Positions 39,276 to 51,036 are shown, counted from the whole stretch's first letter. The stretch: 63,081 nt of DNA, filler included, from Deltaproteobacteria bacterium (GCA_030698575.1; 14 parts of 14 records of this genome joined end to end with filler, not necessarily neighbours in it); one strand, 5' to 3'. A program made the numbers and translations. The notes: a model not told the origin generated them from the letters alone.

Positions 39276-40726
39276 TCACCGTGCCTGGCGAGACGGCCCC
39301 CCGCGCCAGCGGCTCCCCCGGCCCCGCCCCTCCATGTGGGCGCGCCCCTCGCGCTCCAACGCGCGCATCAGCCGGACCACTTGGAGCCGCTCAAGCTGGG
39401 TGATCTCCCGGATCTCCGCATTGGTCAGGGGGCGGTCGGCCAATACCTGGAGCACCCGCGCCTTCGCGTTCTCGAGGCTCAGCCGGCGGTCCACGTGGTA
39501 GCGGAGAGCCCCCTCGAGCAATTCATAGGCCCCGCGAGACAGACGATAGTAGCGGCCGCGACCAGAGCCACCGCCGGCCTCGAGCAATCTCCAGCGGGAC
39601 GTGAGCTGGCCCAGGACTTCCCGGACATCCTCAAGCGGGCGCTGGCACAGGTCCGCCGCCGTGCGGGCCGTGATCTCGCGGTGACGGGTCAGATAGTGGA
39701 CGATCAGCAGGTGGTCGACGTCAAGCCCAGGGTTGCGGTGGACCAGCTCGACGAACTCCCGGCTGGTCTCCTGCCCCTTGACCGAGACCCGGACGGCCCG
39801 GCCCGACGACCAGTAGGTCGGCGGCTCCTTGCCCTCGCTCAGCAGGTCGCGGAACACTCGGGGAACGCCCAGGTTGGCGGCGTTCGCGAGCCGCATCCGG
39901 GTGAGGGCCTGGAAGAGCGTCGGGTATCGCGGGGCGGAGGGATGATGCAGGATGTTCTCGGGCGTCACGCCTCCCACGAAGCCGCCGGCGTTGCTGATCT
40001 CGAGCCGGTCCGGGTAGAGCTTCACGGACACCGGGCCCGGAACCGCGTAATCGCGGTGCACCAAGGCATTGACCAGCAGCTCCCGCAGGGTAAGGGACGG
40101 ATACCGGGGGAACTCGGGCTGCACCAGCCAGCCGGGGATCGTGACGATGGGGTTATGCGCGCCCACGAGCTCGCGCAAGCGTCGGAGGGCGACGGGCAAA
40201 CAGTCGGCGCCGTCCTCGGCCTGCTCGTACGCAGTGTCCGACACCATGCGGCGGAACTGCCACTGGGCATCGGGCACGTGCTGGCGGATAGCCTCCGCAG
40301 TGCCGGCCAGGAGCAGACCGGCAACGGTCAGCCGGTCATCGGGGGTCAGGACACCGAGGGCTCGGAGCAGGTCGAGGTCTGCAAGCCGGACCAGGTCGTC
40401 GGAGGCACTCGCTTCGCGCATCAGCCGGCGCAGCTCCTCCATGCCGGTCGCACTCAGTAGCTCTCGCGCAGGGCTCGCCACCGGGGTCGCGGTGAACTCG
40501 CGCCCCGCCTCGGCACGCACCGCATCGATCTCTTCGACTGTCATGCCGCGGAGCTGGTCGCCGAGACGGACCAGGTACTTGCCCGCATTCGTGTGGAACG
40601 GGACGCCCCTGGGCCGGGGTGGCAGCCGCGCAACGAGCACCTTTCCTTCGCCAGTCGGCACCACCTCCAGGGCGATGTGGATGCCCGTCGCGTCGGCGAC
40701 ACTCTCTCGGATCCGGCCGAGTTCCT
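39276..40726 (-). CDS. AlbA_2/Schlafen-like + HATPase_c_4 + HTH protein ('RecG-like' regulator); 5' truncated
   Basis: LRELLVNALVHRDY, RLEISNAGGF, GSGRGRYY and a C-terminal LTNAEIRE...GRGRGSRW winged helix. Confidence 0.8.
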
Positions 40727-40826
40727 NNNNNNNNNNNNNNNNNNNNNNNNNNNNNNNNNNNNNNNNNNNNTTAATTAATTAANNNNNNNNNNNNNNNNNN
40801 NNNNNNNNNNNNNNNNNNNNNNNNNN

Positions 40827-43657
40827 CCCATCAGCCCGACCTCAACTTCGAGAACCCGGCCGTGCATGAGGCCGTCTTCGACGCCCTCGACTTCTGGCTC
40901 GAAGCCGGCGTCGATGGCCTCCGGCTCGACGCCATCCCCTACCTGTTCGAACGGGAAGGCACCATGAGCGAGAACCTTCCCGAGACCCATGACTTCCTGA
41001 AGGAGCTGCGGGCCCGGGTCGACGCCAAGTACGAGGACCGGATGCTGCTCGCCGAGGCGAACCAGTGGCCGGAGGACGCGCGGGCCTACTTCGGCGACGG
41101 CGACGAATGCCACATGGCCTTCCACTTTCCGCTCATGCCGCGAATCTTCATGGCCACGCGGATGGAGAGCCGATTCCCGATTGTCGAGATCCTGGCGCAG
41201 ACCCCCGAGATCCCCGACAACTCGCAGTGGGCGATCTTCCTACGCAACCACGACGAGCTGACGCTCGAGATGGTGACGGACGAGGAGCGCGACTACATGT
41301 ACCGGGTCTACGCGAACGACCCGAAGGCGCGCATCAACCTCGGCATTCGCCGCCGTCTGGCCCCGCTACTCAGCAACGACCGGCGGAAGATCGAGCTTCT
41401 GACCGCGCTGCTGCTCTCTCTTCCCGGCACACCGGTCATCTATTACGGCGATGAGATCGGGATGGGCGACAACATCTACCTCGGTGATCGGAACGGCGTC
41501 AGGACGCCCATGCAGTGGAGCGTCGACCGCAACGCGGGCTTCTCGATGGCCAACCCGCAGAGCCTCTTTCTCCCCGTCATCATCGATCCGGAATATCACT
41601 ACGAAGCGCTCAACGTCGAGGGGCAGGAAAAGAACCTCAGCTCGCTTCTCTGGTGGACCCGGCGGGTGATCGCCACCCGAAAGCAGTACGCCGCTTTCGG
41701 GCAGGGGAAGATGGAGATCCTCCACCCCGACAATCACAAGGTGCTTGCTTTCATCCGGCGGGACGGCGAGGAGATCATTCTGGTCGTGGCGAACCTTTCC
41801 CGCTTCTCGCAGTGCGTCCAGCTGGACCTCTCGCCTTTCAACGGGATGGTGCCGGTCGAGCTGTTCGGCCACACCCACTTTCCGGGGATCAGCAAAGAGC
41901 TCTATCCGATCACCGTGGGCCCGCACGGTTATTTCTGGTTCGTCCTGGAGCGCCCCAAGGCGGGGGCAGCCGCGCTTGCGGCCGCCGAATGGAAGCCTCC
42001 CGTCCTCGAAATCAGTGATCGATGGGCCGATCTCCTCGGCGAAGATGCGAAGGATCGGCTCGAGCGCGGCCTTCCGGGCTACCTGCGGACCTGCCGGTGG
42101 TTCGGGGCGAAGGCCAGGGTGGTTCGCAAGGCCGAGCTGATCGAGGTGATTCCGGTGTCGCCGGACACGCGCCTCACCTTCGTCCGCGTCTTGTTCGTCG
42201 ACGGCGAGCCGGAGACGTACGTCCTGCCGCTTGCCCACGCGGCGGGAGAGGCGGCCGGCAGGATCCGGAAGGCGCACCCCCGCGCCGTGGTTGCGGAAAC
42301 GCGATCCCCCAAGGGGAAGGGAGTTCTCTACGATGCCCTCTACAGCCCGGATTTCTGCAACCTCCTGCTCGACGTGATCGAGCGGCGCAGGCAGCTGCGC
42401 GGCGAGACCGGCCGGGTCACGGCGCGCCCCACCAAGGCGCTCCGGCAGATCATGGAAGGCGCCGACAAGACGCAGCCGCCCGCCCTCCTCGGCGCGGAGC
42501 AGAGCAACACCTCGGTGCTCTTCCAGGAGCGCGCGATACTGAAGATCTTCCGCCGGGTCGAGGCGGGGGTAAACCCCGATCTCGAGATCGGGCGTTTCCT
42601 GACCGAGAAGACCACTTTCACGAGCATGCCGCCCGTGGGCGGTTTTCTGGAGTACGCGGCGGGGCGCGAAGCGCCCATGACCCTGGGCTTTGTCCAGGGG
42701 TACGTTCCGAACGAGGGAGATGCCTGGCGCTACACCCTCGACGAACTGGGGCGCTACTTCGAACGCGCCCTGGAGCACCGCTCCGATGAGCAGCGCCCCG
42801 ACACCCGGGCGCGCGCCCTCCTGTCACTCACCTCCGAGGAGGTTCCCCCGCTCGCGAACGAGATCATGGGAGGCTACCTGGACTCGGCCCGCCTGCTCGG
42901 GCAGCGCACGGCTGAATTGCACATTGCGCTGGCCTCGAGCACGAGCGTTCCCGATTTCGCCGTCGAGCCCATCACCCCTTTCTACCAGCGGTCGATGTAT
43001 CAGACGATGCGCGGCCAGGCGTCACAGGCCTTCAGGCTACTCCGCAAGAGCGCTGCGGGCCTCAAGGACGGCATCCGCCAGCAGGGCGAGCTGCTCATCG
43101 AGCGCGAGACTGAGGTTCTCGATCGCTTCGAACGCGTGCTCGAAAAGCGAATCAACGCCTGCCGGACGCGCGTTCACGGCGACTACCACCTCGGGCAGGT
43201 GCTCTTCACGGGGAAGGATTTCGTCATCATCGACTTCGAGGGCGAGCCGGCCCGGTCGCTCTCCGAACGCCGCTTGAAACGCTCGCCGCTCAGGGACGTG
43301 GCCGGCATGCTCCGCTCCTTCCACTACGCCGCCTGCACCGCGCTCTTCCACCAGACCGAAGGCGCGGGCGCCGTCCGGGATCTCCTCGGCCCGCAGGCGC
43401 AGGCGGTTCTCCTTCCCTGGGCGCGCTTCTGGAACGACTGGGTCTGCACCGCCTATCTGAAAACCTATCTCGACACCGCTGACGGACATCCATTCCTTCC
43501 GAAAACGCGCGAGGGGCTCGGCGTGCTGCTCGACGCGTTCCTGCTCGAGAAAGCGGTCTACGAGCTCGGCTACGAGCTGAACAACCGCCCCGACTGGGTC
43601 TTCATCCCCATCCAGGGGATCCTCCAGATTCTCGACTCGCCTCTATCCGCCGAATGA
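40827..43657 (+). CDS. treS: Trehalose synthase fused to maltokinase (TreS-Pep2/Mak); 5' truncated
   Basis: GLRLDAIPYL, LLAEANQWPED, FLRNHDELTLE; C-terminal RWFGAK, EQSNTS, HGDYHLGQ, DFEGEP and EKAVYEL.YELNNRP. Confidence 0.95.
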
Positions 43658-45774
43658 AGCCTGCCGAACTGCGGACGCTGCGCGCGCTTGCCGCGCTACA
43701 CGGCGTGGAGACGGAGTTCCGGGACGCCTTCGGCCACCGTCGCGCCGCCACGCCCCAGGCGCTGCTTGCCACGCTTCGCGCGCTCGGCGTGAACGTCGAT
43801 CGCGCCCGCGACCTGGCTCCGGCGCTCGACTTGCGGCAGCGGGAGATCTGGAGCCGGGCCTGCGAGCCGGTGACGGTGGCCTGGGAAGGAGAGGCTGTGC
43901 GCGTCACGCTTCGCCTTCCGGAGGAGCGGGCGGGCGAGATTGTTTCGTGCCGTTTGCAGACGGAGGACGGGGAGAGCCGCTGCTGGCGCGCACTCCCGGG
44001 CGAAATGCCCGCTTCCCGCGCCGGGCGGGTCGACGGACGAAGATACGTGCAAAAGGAAATCGTGCTCCCCCGCCGGTTGCCGCGCGGCTACCACCGGCTG
44101 TCGCTCGAGACGGGGGGAAGGGAATTCGAGACGCTCCTGATCTCCGCCCCGGCCCGCGCCTTCGAGCCCCCGGCCCGGAATCAGCGGAGCTGGGGGGTGT
44201 TCCTTCCGCTCCACGCGCTCGGCTCCGCGCGAGGCTGGGGGAGCGGTGATTTCACCGATCTGGCCTCGCTCCTCCGCTGGACCGCCGCGCGGGGCGGGCG
44301 CCTGGTGGGAACCCTTCCGCTTCTCGCCGCCTTCCTCGACGAGCACTTCGAGCCGAGTCCGTACTCCCCGGCGAGCCGCCTGTTCTGGAACGAATTCTTC
44401 ATCGATGTGGCGCGCGTGCCCGAGCTGCGTCGCTGTGCCGGCGCGCGGCGCCTCATCGGGAGCGGCGCTTTCCGGCGCGAGATCGATCGCCTGCGCGGGG
44501 GTGATCAGGTCGACTACCGGCGCGGCATGGCGCAGAAGCGGCGTGTGCTGGAACTGCTCTGCCGGTCCTTCTTCGCGTCGGCCCCGGTCGCGCGGCGGCT
44601 CGAGTTCGAACGCTTTGTCGCGGCCCGGCCCGCGCTGCCCGACTACGCGCGCTTTCGCGCCGTGAACGAGCGGCGCCGGACGGCCTGGGAACGGTGGCCG
44701 CGCCGCCTCCGGGAAGGGGCGATTGTCGCGGGGGACTACGACCGGGCGGCGTACCGCTACCATCTCTACGCGCAGTGGATCGCCGACGCGCAGCTCGCCC
44801 GCGCGTCGCGGGCGGGGCGGGGGGCGGGGCTCTATCTCGATCTTCCCCTGGGCGCGAGCCGGCATGGCTACGACGTGTGGCGCGAGCGCGGTTCGTTCGC
44901 GCTCGGCGCGAGCACGGGCGCGCCGCCAGATCCGGTTTTCACCGGCGGGCAGGACTGGGGATTTCCGCCGCCGCACCCGGACGGAATACGCGAGGAGGGC
45001 TACCGTTACTTCATCGCCACGCTTCGCCACCATCTTGCGCGCGCTTCCGTGCTTCGCATCGATCACGTGATGGGCCTGCAAAGGCTTTTCTGGATCCCGA
45101 GCGGGCTCGACGCATCGCAGGGCGTCTACGTGCGTTACCGCGCGCAGGAGCTCTATGCCATACTCTGTCTCGAATCATGGCGCGCCGGCGCTGTCATCGC
45201 GGGGGAAAACCTGGGAACGGTGCCGCCGGAGGTGGACGAAATGATGGCGCGGTGCGGGGTGCAGCGCCTTCACGTGCTGCAGTACGACGTGGAAGGACAC
45301 GCGCGCGGCCCCGGGCCGGTGCCGCGGGGGGCGGTGGCGAGCCTGAACACCCACGACATGCCGACCTTCGCAGCTTTCCTCTCGGGCGACGACATCGAGG
45401 ATCGGGCATCCCTGGGCCTGCACGCGCCCGCCGGGGCGCGCAAGGAGCGCGCGCGGCGCGTCCGGATCGTCGGAGCGCTGAGGCGTTTTCTCGTCCGGCG
45501 GCGCCGGCTGGCGAAGGGGAAGGGGGGCGCCGCGTCCCTTCTCGACGCCTGCCTCGCGTTCCTCGCGGCGAGCCCGGCGCGCATCGTGCTGGTGAATCTC
45601 GAGGATCTCTGGGGCGAGCGGCGGCCCCAGAATGTTCCCGGCACCGGCCGGGAACGCCCGAACTGGCGGCGGAAGGCGGCGCTCACCTTCGAGTCTTTCA
45701 GCCGCTCGCCGCGCGTCGTCGAAACGCTCCGGCGGATTGCGGCGCTCCGGAGAAAGGGGGCGGGGGGACGATGA
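43654..45774 (+). CDS. malQ: 4-alpha-glucanotransferase
   Basis: SPYSPASRL, YLDLPLG, GAPPD, GQDWGFPP, RIDHVMGL.R, ENLG, THDMPT and NWRRK. Confidence 0.93.
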   Translation: MKPAELRTLRALAALHGVETEFRDAFGHRRAATPQALLATLRALGVNVDRARDLAPALDLRQREIWSRACEPVTVAWEGEAVRVTLRLPEERAGEIVSCRLQTEDGESRCWRALPGEMPASRAGRVDGRRYVQKEIVLPRRLPRGYHRLSLETGGREFETLLISAPARAFEPPARNQRSWGVFLPLHALGSARGWGSGDFTDLASLLRWTAARGGRLVGTLPLLAAFLDEHFEPSPYSPASRLFWNEFFIDVARVPELRRCAGARRLIGSGAFRREIDRLRGGDQVDYRRGMAQKRRVLELLCRSFFASAPVARRLEFERFVAARPALPDYARFRAVNERRRTAWERWPRRLREGAIVAGDYDRAAYRYHLYAQWIADAQLARASRAGRGAGLYLDLPLGASRHGYDVWRERGSFALGASTGAPPDPVFTGGQDWGFPPPHPDGIREEGYRYFIATLRHHLARASVLRIDHVMGLQRLFWIPSGLDASQGVYVRYRAQELYAILCLESWRAGAVIAGENLGTVPPEVDEMMARCGVQRLHVLQYDVEGHARGPGPVPRGAVASLNTHDMPTFAAFLSGDDIEDRASLGLHAPAGARKERARRVRIVGALRRFLVRRRRLAKGKGGAASLLDACLAFLAASPARIVLVNLEDLWGERRPQNVPGTGRERPNWRRKAALTFESFSRSPRVVETLRRIAALRRKGAGGR

Positions 45775-46429
45775 CAGCCAGGGGGACGAAAAAGCCGGCG
45801 CGCGGCGCTGCGGGGCCCCGCGCGAAGAAACCCGGCGCGAGGAAACCTGATGCGGCCGGCGCTCCGGCCGTTCAGGACGGTGGCCTTCTCACGAAGGACG
45901 ATCTGTATCTTTTCAACGAGGGGAGCCACTGCCGCCTCTACGACAAGTTCGGCGCGCGGCCGATCACCCTCGACGGAAAGGCCGGGACGCAGTTCACCGT
46001 CTGGGCGCCGAACGCGCGCCAGGTGTCGGTGGTCGGGGACTGGAACGGCTGGAACCGTGAGAGCCACCCGCTCCGGGCCCGGGAGTTGTCCGGGATCTGG
46101 GAGGGGTTCGTTCCCGGCGTGGGAAAGGGGAGCATCTACAAGTACCACATCGTTTCGCGGCACAAGAATTTCCGGGTGGACAAGGCCGATCCCTTCGGCG
46201 TTCATCACGAGACGCCGCCGAAGACCGGGTCGATTGTCTGGGACACAGCCTATGACTGGGGCGACGCGGAGTGGATGGCGGGGCGGAAGTCGCGCCAGTC
46301 GCTCGACGCGCCCGTCGCGATCTACGAGATGCACCTGGAGTCGTGGCGGCGGGTGCCGGAGGAGGGGAACCGCTAGCTCTGTTACCGCGAAATGGCGCCC
46401 CGGCTCGCCGAGTACATGAAGAAGATGAA
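45771..46429 (+). CDS. glgB: 1,4-alpha-glucan branching enzyme N-terminus with in-frame TAG at 46374-46376; 3' truncated
   Basis: DLYLFNEGSH, FTVWAPNA..VSVVGDWN.W, GIWE.FVP, KADPF and IYEMHL.SW; homology continues after the TAG (LCYREMA..LAEY). Confidence 0.85.
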
Positions 46430-46529
46430 NNNNNNNNNNNNNNNNNNNNNNNNNNNNNNNNNNNNNNNNNNNNTTAATTAATTAANNNNNNNNNNNNNNN
46501 NNNNNNNNNNNNNNNNNNNNNNNNNNNNN

Positions 46530-47156
46530 GGGGGTGCTCAGAAATTCGACGATCTCCTGGAGCTCCGCCTTGGCCTCGTCGATGCCGGCCACATGCTCGA
46601 AGGTGACGCCCGTGTCTGCCTCGGCGTAAATTTTGGCCCGGCTCTTCCCGAAGCTCATGATTCCGGACGCGCTGGACCCCATGCGGCGGAGCAGGAACGA
46701 CCAGAGGAGAAACAGGAGCCCGATGGGGATGACCCACGCGAAGAGGAAATCTCGGATAAAGGTGTTCTCGACGCGGCTACCGTACCGGATTCCCGATTTG
46801 TCGAGAAGCGGCACCAGTTCCGGGTCCTCCACGCGAACGACCTCAAAAGGGACCGGTCCGCCGGTGCGCGGATCCTTCTCCTTGAGCGTGCCGCGAACCC
46901 GATCCGCCGTGAGGACGACCTCCTCGACCCCCTTCTGCTTCACGAGGGCCTTGAACTCGCTGTAGGTCAGTTCCGAAGTACCGGGCAAACCCGAGACGTT
47001 GTGGAATACCGCGAGGATCAGCAGTGCGAGGGCCACGTACCAGAGCGAGAAGGTGAAGCGGCGATCCTTTCCAAAGGGCGACTTGTCGCCGCCGTCTCCG
47101 GATCTGCCCCTGCCTGGCTTCTGTGGGGTCCGCTCGCCCGGGAAGCGGAAGGACAT
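46530..47156 (-). CDS. ftsH: ATP-dependent zinc metalloprotease FtsH N-terminus; 3' truncated
   Basis: Two TM segments, LTYSEF, MSFGKSRAK and VTF..VAGIDEAK.EL.EIVEFL. Confidence 0.92.
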
Positions 47157-47231
47157 GTTGTCGTTCCTCCCTGTGGTCTTATTCTAGCCCAACCCCCCGT
47201 CACTTCAACCGGAGGCAGAGGGAGCGCGAGG

Positions 47232-47948
47232 TCAACGGGCGACGAGCGGAACCTCGGCGCGAAAAATGGGAGGGGCGAGTGGAGCGCCGACGGCCGTCAC
47301 CGGGCGAATGTCCCAGATAACGCGGAAACGACGCGCGCGCTCCGCGGGCTGAAGCGGGCTCTCGAAGAAGAGATAGCCATCCACGGAGGCGCCCGGATCG
47401 AGCCGCCCCGGGCGCAGGCCGACTTCGAGCGCCTCAACGTCATTCTCGCTTTCGGCGCCGGGGCCCGCGCCGAATGGCCCGCTTCCCATGCCGAGCCCGC
47501 CGATAGAAATTCCCATGCCCCCGACCCCGATCCCCTGGGAGATGGAGACGCTCGGTCGAATTCCAGGCCCGACGGATGCTTCGCCCGCCGTGCGAGCCGC
47601 CCGCTGCACGGCGTCTCCGGGCGGAAGCGCGATACGCCGAAGTCCGCGGTCGTCGATGAGCGTTGCGTCCTCGAGCGTGAGGAGCACGGGCTCGGACCGG
47701 TTGTTCGTCACCTTGACACGAACCGGCGTAACGTGGTCTGGAAGGTTTCCCGGCGAGTAGCGCCACTCGTCCGCCACGCCCACGACGGTAATTCCCGAGG
47801 CGGCGCCGGAGCGCGAGTCCGGCAGGGAGCGGGGGGCCAAACCGATCTCGGGCCCGAGCGTGGGTGTCCCGGCGCAGCCGGCGGCTAGCCAGCAGCCCGC
47901 GACGAAGGTGAAGATTGCCGCACCCCTTCCGAGGTCGGGACCAACCAT
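47232..47948 (-). CDS. Hypothetical lipoprotein
   Basis: LAAGC lipobox; Gly-rich segment; PGASVDGYLFF. Confidence 0.6.
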   Translation of the reverse strand: MVGPDLGRGAAIFTFVAGCWLAAGCAGTPTLGPEIGLAPRSLPDSRSGAASGITVVGVADEWRYSPGNLPDHVTPVRVKVTNNRSEPVLLTLEDATLIDDRGLRRIALPPGDAVQRAARTAGEASVGPGIRPSVSISQGIGVGGMGISIGGLGMGSGPFGAGPGAESENDVEALEVGLRPGRLDPGASVDGYLFFESPLQPAERARRFRVIWDIRPVTAVGAPLAPPIFRAEVPLVAR

Positions 47949-48041
47949 GGCAGTATCCCCCTGAGCGCGGGGCTCGCCCGCGCGCGAAATCCATGCTAGA
48001 TCGCGCGTCCCTGCCCCACAAGGGGCCGCCGGAAGGAGAGC

Positions 48042-49106
48042 ATGGCCCAGTCGCCCCGGAATCTCACGCGCCTCGCCACCGCGGTGCTGATACCAATCCT
48101 GCTCCTCGGCGCATGCATTTATTTCTTCAAGATCGACCTCAATACCTTTCTCGAGACCTGGACGGAACTTAATGCCTGGTACCTCCTCCCCGCCCTCGCT
48201 CTCAACGTGGCCATGTTGCTGCTTCGCGCCCGGCGCTGGCAGCTCATCCTGAAGAGCACGCCCGACGGCCCCCGGGACATCGGGTTCCGGAGCGTGTTCG
48301 GCGTGCTCACCATCGGCTACCTCGCCAACCAGCTCTTTCCCGCGCCCTCCGGGGAAGTCGCGCGCGCCGTCGTGCTTTCCCGGCGCCAGGACCTGACGAA
48401 GGTTCACGTGCTCTCCACGATCGTCGTGGAGCGCGTCATGGACGTGCTCGCCATGGCGCCGATCGTGCTCTTCGTCGTGGCGGTCATTCCGCTGCCGGCC
48501 TGGCTCGAGCGGCTGGTTTTCCTCGCGGGCCTCGCACTACTGGCGATGGCTGTCGCCGGGGTTGTCGTGCACAACCAGAGAGCACGCTTTCTCCAGGCGG
48601 CGGAGGCCGTCATCCGGCGTTTCAGCGCGGGGGCCCACGGCCGCTTCGTGGCGTTCAGCGATTCGCTCGGAGAGGGCATGCACATCCTGCGCGATCTAAG
48701 AGGGCTGTCGGCCGTGTACGGCTACTCGCTGGGCGCGTGGGTGCTCCAGCTCGCGGTGGTGGAGATGGTGGCGCGATCCCTCAACAAGCCGCTGGATCTG
48801 GGGCTGGGCGTGATCCTCATTCTGCTCGCCAACATGGGGAGCGTAATGCCGCTCGGGCCGAGCAATCTGGGCACCTTCCAGGCGCTCGCCATCACGGTCC
48901 TCGCCATCTTCCGGATAAAGCCGGAGCTTGCCCTCTCACTCTCGCTCGTGCTCCAGGCGGTGCTGTTCCTGCCGGTGGCCGTCCTCGGACTCGAGGCGCT
49001 CTGGGCGCGGGGCCTGTCCATCGAGAGCGTGAAAGAGGAGAGCACGCTGGCCGGGCCGCAGGGCCCGGGCAGCGAAGACTCAGGCCCGGCGCCGCCGCAC
49101 GCCTGA
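48042..49106 (+). CDS. Lysylphosphatidylglycerol synthase TM-domain / flippase-like membrane protein
   Basis: LRARRW, GYLANQLFP..SGEVAR, STIVVERVMD and P..LGTF; multi-TM. Confidence 0.85.
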   Translation: MAQSPRNLTRLATAVLIPILLLGACIYFFKIDLNTFLETWTELNAWYLLPALALNVAMLLLRARRWQLILKSTPDGPRDIGFRSVFGVLTIGYLANQLFPAPSGEVARAVVLSRRQDLTKVHVLSTIVVERVMDVLAMAPIVLFVVAVIPLPAWLERLVFLAGLALLAMAVAGVVVHNQRARFLQAAEAVIRRFSAGAHGRFVAFSDSLGEGMHILRDLRGLSAVYGYSLGAWVLQLAVVEMVARSLNKPLDLGLGVILILLANMGSVMPLGPSNLGTFQALAITVLAIFRIKPELALSLSLVLQAVLFLPVAVLGLEALWARGLSIESVKEESTLAGPQGPGSEDSGPAPPHA

Positions 49107-49183
49107 ATCGAAAAGCACGGCGGAGACCGCGCGCTTCCAGCGCCCGGACACGCCGTGCTCTTGATCTCGCCCTCTCCGTCGGC

Positions 49184-49298
49184 TCAGTCCAGGTCGAGCG
49201 CCACATAGAACGAATTGTCGCCGCGGCGGATGAGCAGGAGGGCCGATTCCTTCCCCTCGACGTCCTTCATTGCGGCTTCATAGTTCTTGATGTTCTCG
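49184..49298 (-). CDS. C-terminal PDZ fragment of a DegP/DegQ-like protease
   Basis: ENIKNYEAAMKDVEGKESALLLIRRGDNSFYVALDLD*. Confidence 0.6.
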
Positions 49299-49398
49299 NN
49301 NNNNNNNNNNNNNNNNNNNNNNNNNNNNNNNNNNNNNNNNNNTTAATTAATTAANNNNNNNNNNNNNNNNNNNNNNNNNNNNNNNNNNNNNNNNNNNN

Positions 49399-50019
49399 GG
49401 CAACCACGCCGGACAGATCGCCATCGACGCCGCGATGGTCGGGACCGCCATGATCCTCGAAGGCGTGCCGCCCCGGGTTCCGCGCGGCCTGGGCGAGTTC
49501 TGGCTGCCGCGGCTCCCCTGGTTCAACATCTACATGGACCGGATCGGGGGCGTGGTGGGAACGCCCAAGAACTGCGTGGATCTCCTCCACCATGGCGAAG
49601 CGGTTTCGGTCTTTCCCGAAGGGGTGCGGGGGGTCAACAAGCTCTACAAGGATCGCTACAAGCTCCAGCGGTTCGGGCTCGGCTTCATGCGGCTGGCGCT
49701 CGAAACCGACACGCCGATTGTTCCCGTCGGCATCGTCGGATCCGAGGAGCAGGCCATCGCCATCGCGAACCTCCGGCCCCTCGCGAAGCTCCTCAACATG
49801 CCGAACTTCCCCATCACGCTGACCTGGCCGCTGCTCGGGCCGCTGGGTCTCATTCCCTTCCCGTCGCGCTACTACATCTATTTCGGCGAGCCGATACACT
49901 TCACCGGGAGTCCCGACGAGGACGATCTCCACATCGAGGAGAAGGTCGACGAGGTGAAGAACCAGATCGGCCGCCTTATCGACGACGCGAAGCACGACCG
50001 GAAGCACATCTACTGGTAG
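49399..50019 (+). CDS. Lysophospholipid/glycerol acyltransferase; 5' truncated
   Basis: ANHAGQIAIDA at the contig edge, VFPEG, GFMRLAL..PIVPV and FGEPI. Confidence 0.85.
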   Translation, partial: GNHAGQIAIDAAMVGTAMILEGVPPRVPRGLGEFWLPRLPWFNIYMDRIGGVVGTPKNCVDLLHHGEAVSVFPEGVRGVNKLYKDRYKLQRFGLGFMRLALETDTPIVPVGIVGSEEQAIAIANLRPLAKLLNMPNFPITLTWPLLGPLGLIPFPSRYYIYFGEPIHFTGSPDEDDLHIEEKVDEVKNQIGRLIDDAKHDRKHIYW

Positions 50020-50039
50020 GAGCCGCGAAGGAGCAGCCG

Positions 50040-50990
50040 ATGGCCGAGAGGAAGCGCGTTTTCATTCTGGGAGGCGGGGCGTCTTTCGGTGCGCATCACG
50101 TGGGGGCGATGCAGTATCTGGACGAGCAGGGAATTCGCCCCGACGCGATCATCGGAAGCAGCATCGGGGTGATCAACGCATGCCTCTATGCCACGGGCGG
50201 CGTCGAGAACATGATCCAGAGCTGGAGCGATTTCGACTCCAGGCGGCACCTCTTCACGCCTTCATTGCGCCACAACTTGATCACGGGACTGTCGGTCTCG
50301 TCGGTCTCGCGGCTTGAGAGAAGCATCGAGCGCTTCGTCGACTACGAGAAGATCATGTTCAACCCCGTCGAGACGGCCTTCATCATCCTCAATCTGTCGC
50401 AGGGGGCCGGGCAGATCTGGTCGTCCCACGACGCCCAGTCGCCGGCGGAGCTTCAGAAGATCGTCCGGGCCGGCTACGCGATCCCCTTCCTCTATCCACC
50501 CGTTCGGATCCGGGGCGACTGGTGCGTGGACGGCGGCTTCGCCTGGAACATTCCGCTCGATCACGCCATCCACATGAAGGCGACGGAAATCTACGTTCTC
50601 ACGGTCATCCCGCACCAGCTCCCCTTCAAGCGGAAATTCACCTCCATCGTCGATTACGCCGGGCGGTTCATGGACGTGATGTGGCGCACCCTGGGGAACG
50701 CCGGCTATCTGAACCAGCCGATCGTCGACGGCAAGTACCAAGGAATTCCCGTGACCCTCATCCAGCCCGGCGAGGAGATGGCCGGGCTCCCACTGCTCGA
50801 CCTCTTCAACGTGCACGCCAAGAAGAGCCGGCGGCTCATCAAGCTCGGCTATCGCGACGCCAAGCGGATTCTCTCCCGCGGCCGGCAGGGCTCGCGCAAG
50901 GCGGCGAGCGATGCGTTGAAGACCGCCACCCAGCAAGCCGCGCTCACGCAGCCCCCCCGAGTCAAGAACCCTCGCCGCGCCAGGCGCTGA
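50040..50990 (+). CDS. Patatin-like phospholipase
   Basis: LGGGASFGA, GSSIG and DGG. Confidence 0.88.
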   Translation: MAERKRVFILGGGASFGAHHVGAMQYLDEQGIRPDAIIGSSIGVINACLYATGGVENMIQSWSDFDSRRHLFTPSLRHNLITGLSVSSVSRLERSIERFVDYEKIMFNPVETAFIILNLSQGAGQIWSSHDAQSPAELQKIVRAGYAIPFLYPPVRIRGDWCVDGGFAWNIPLDHAIHMKATEIYVLTVIPHQLPFKRKFTSIVDYAGRFMDVMWRTLGNAGYLNQPIVDGKYQGIPVTLIQPGEEMAGLPLLDLFNVHAKKSRRLIKLGYRDAKRILSRGRQGSRKAASDALKTATQQAALTQPPRVKNPRRARR

Positions 50991-51036
50991 GCTGATTGCC
51001 ATTTCGGCTGCGCGCTTCTATAGTTGCTTCCGTGTT

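Noticed and set aside
44694-45770. Long N-terminal extension of GlgB
   Set aside because: It overlaps malQ in another frame. The ATG at 45771 is coupled to the malQ stop.
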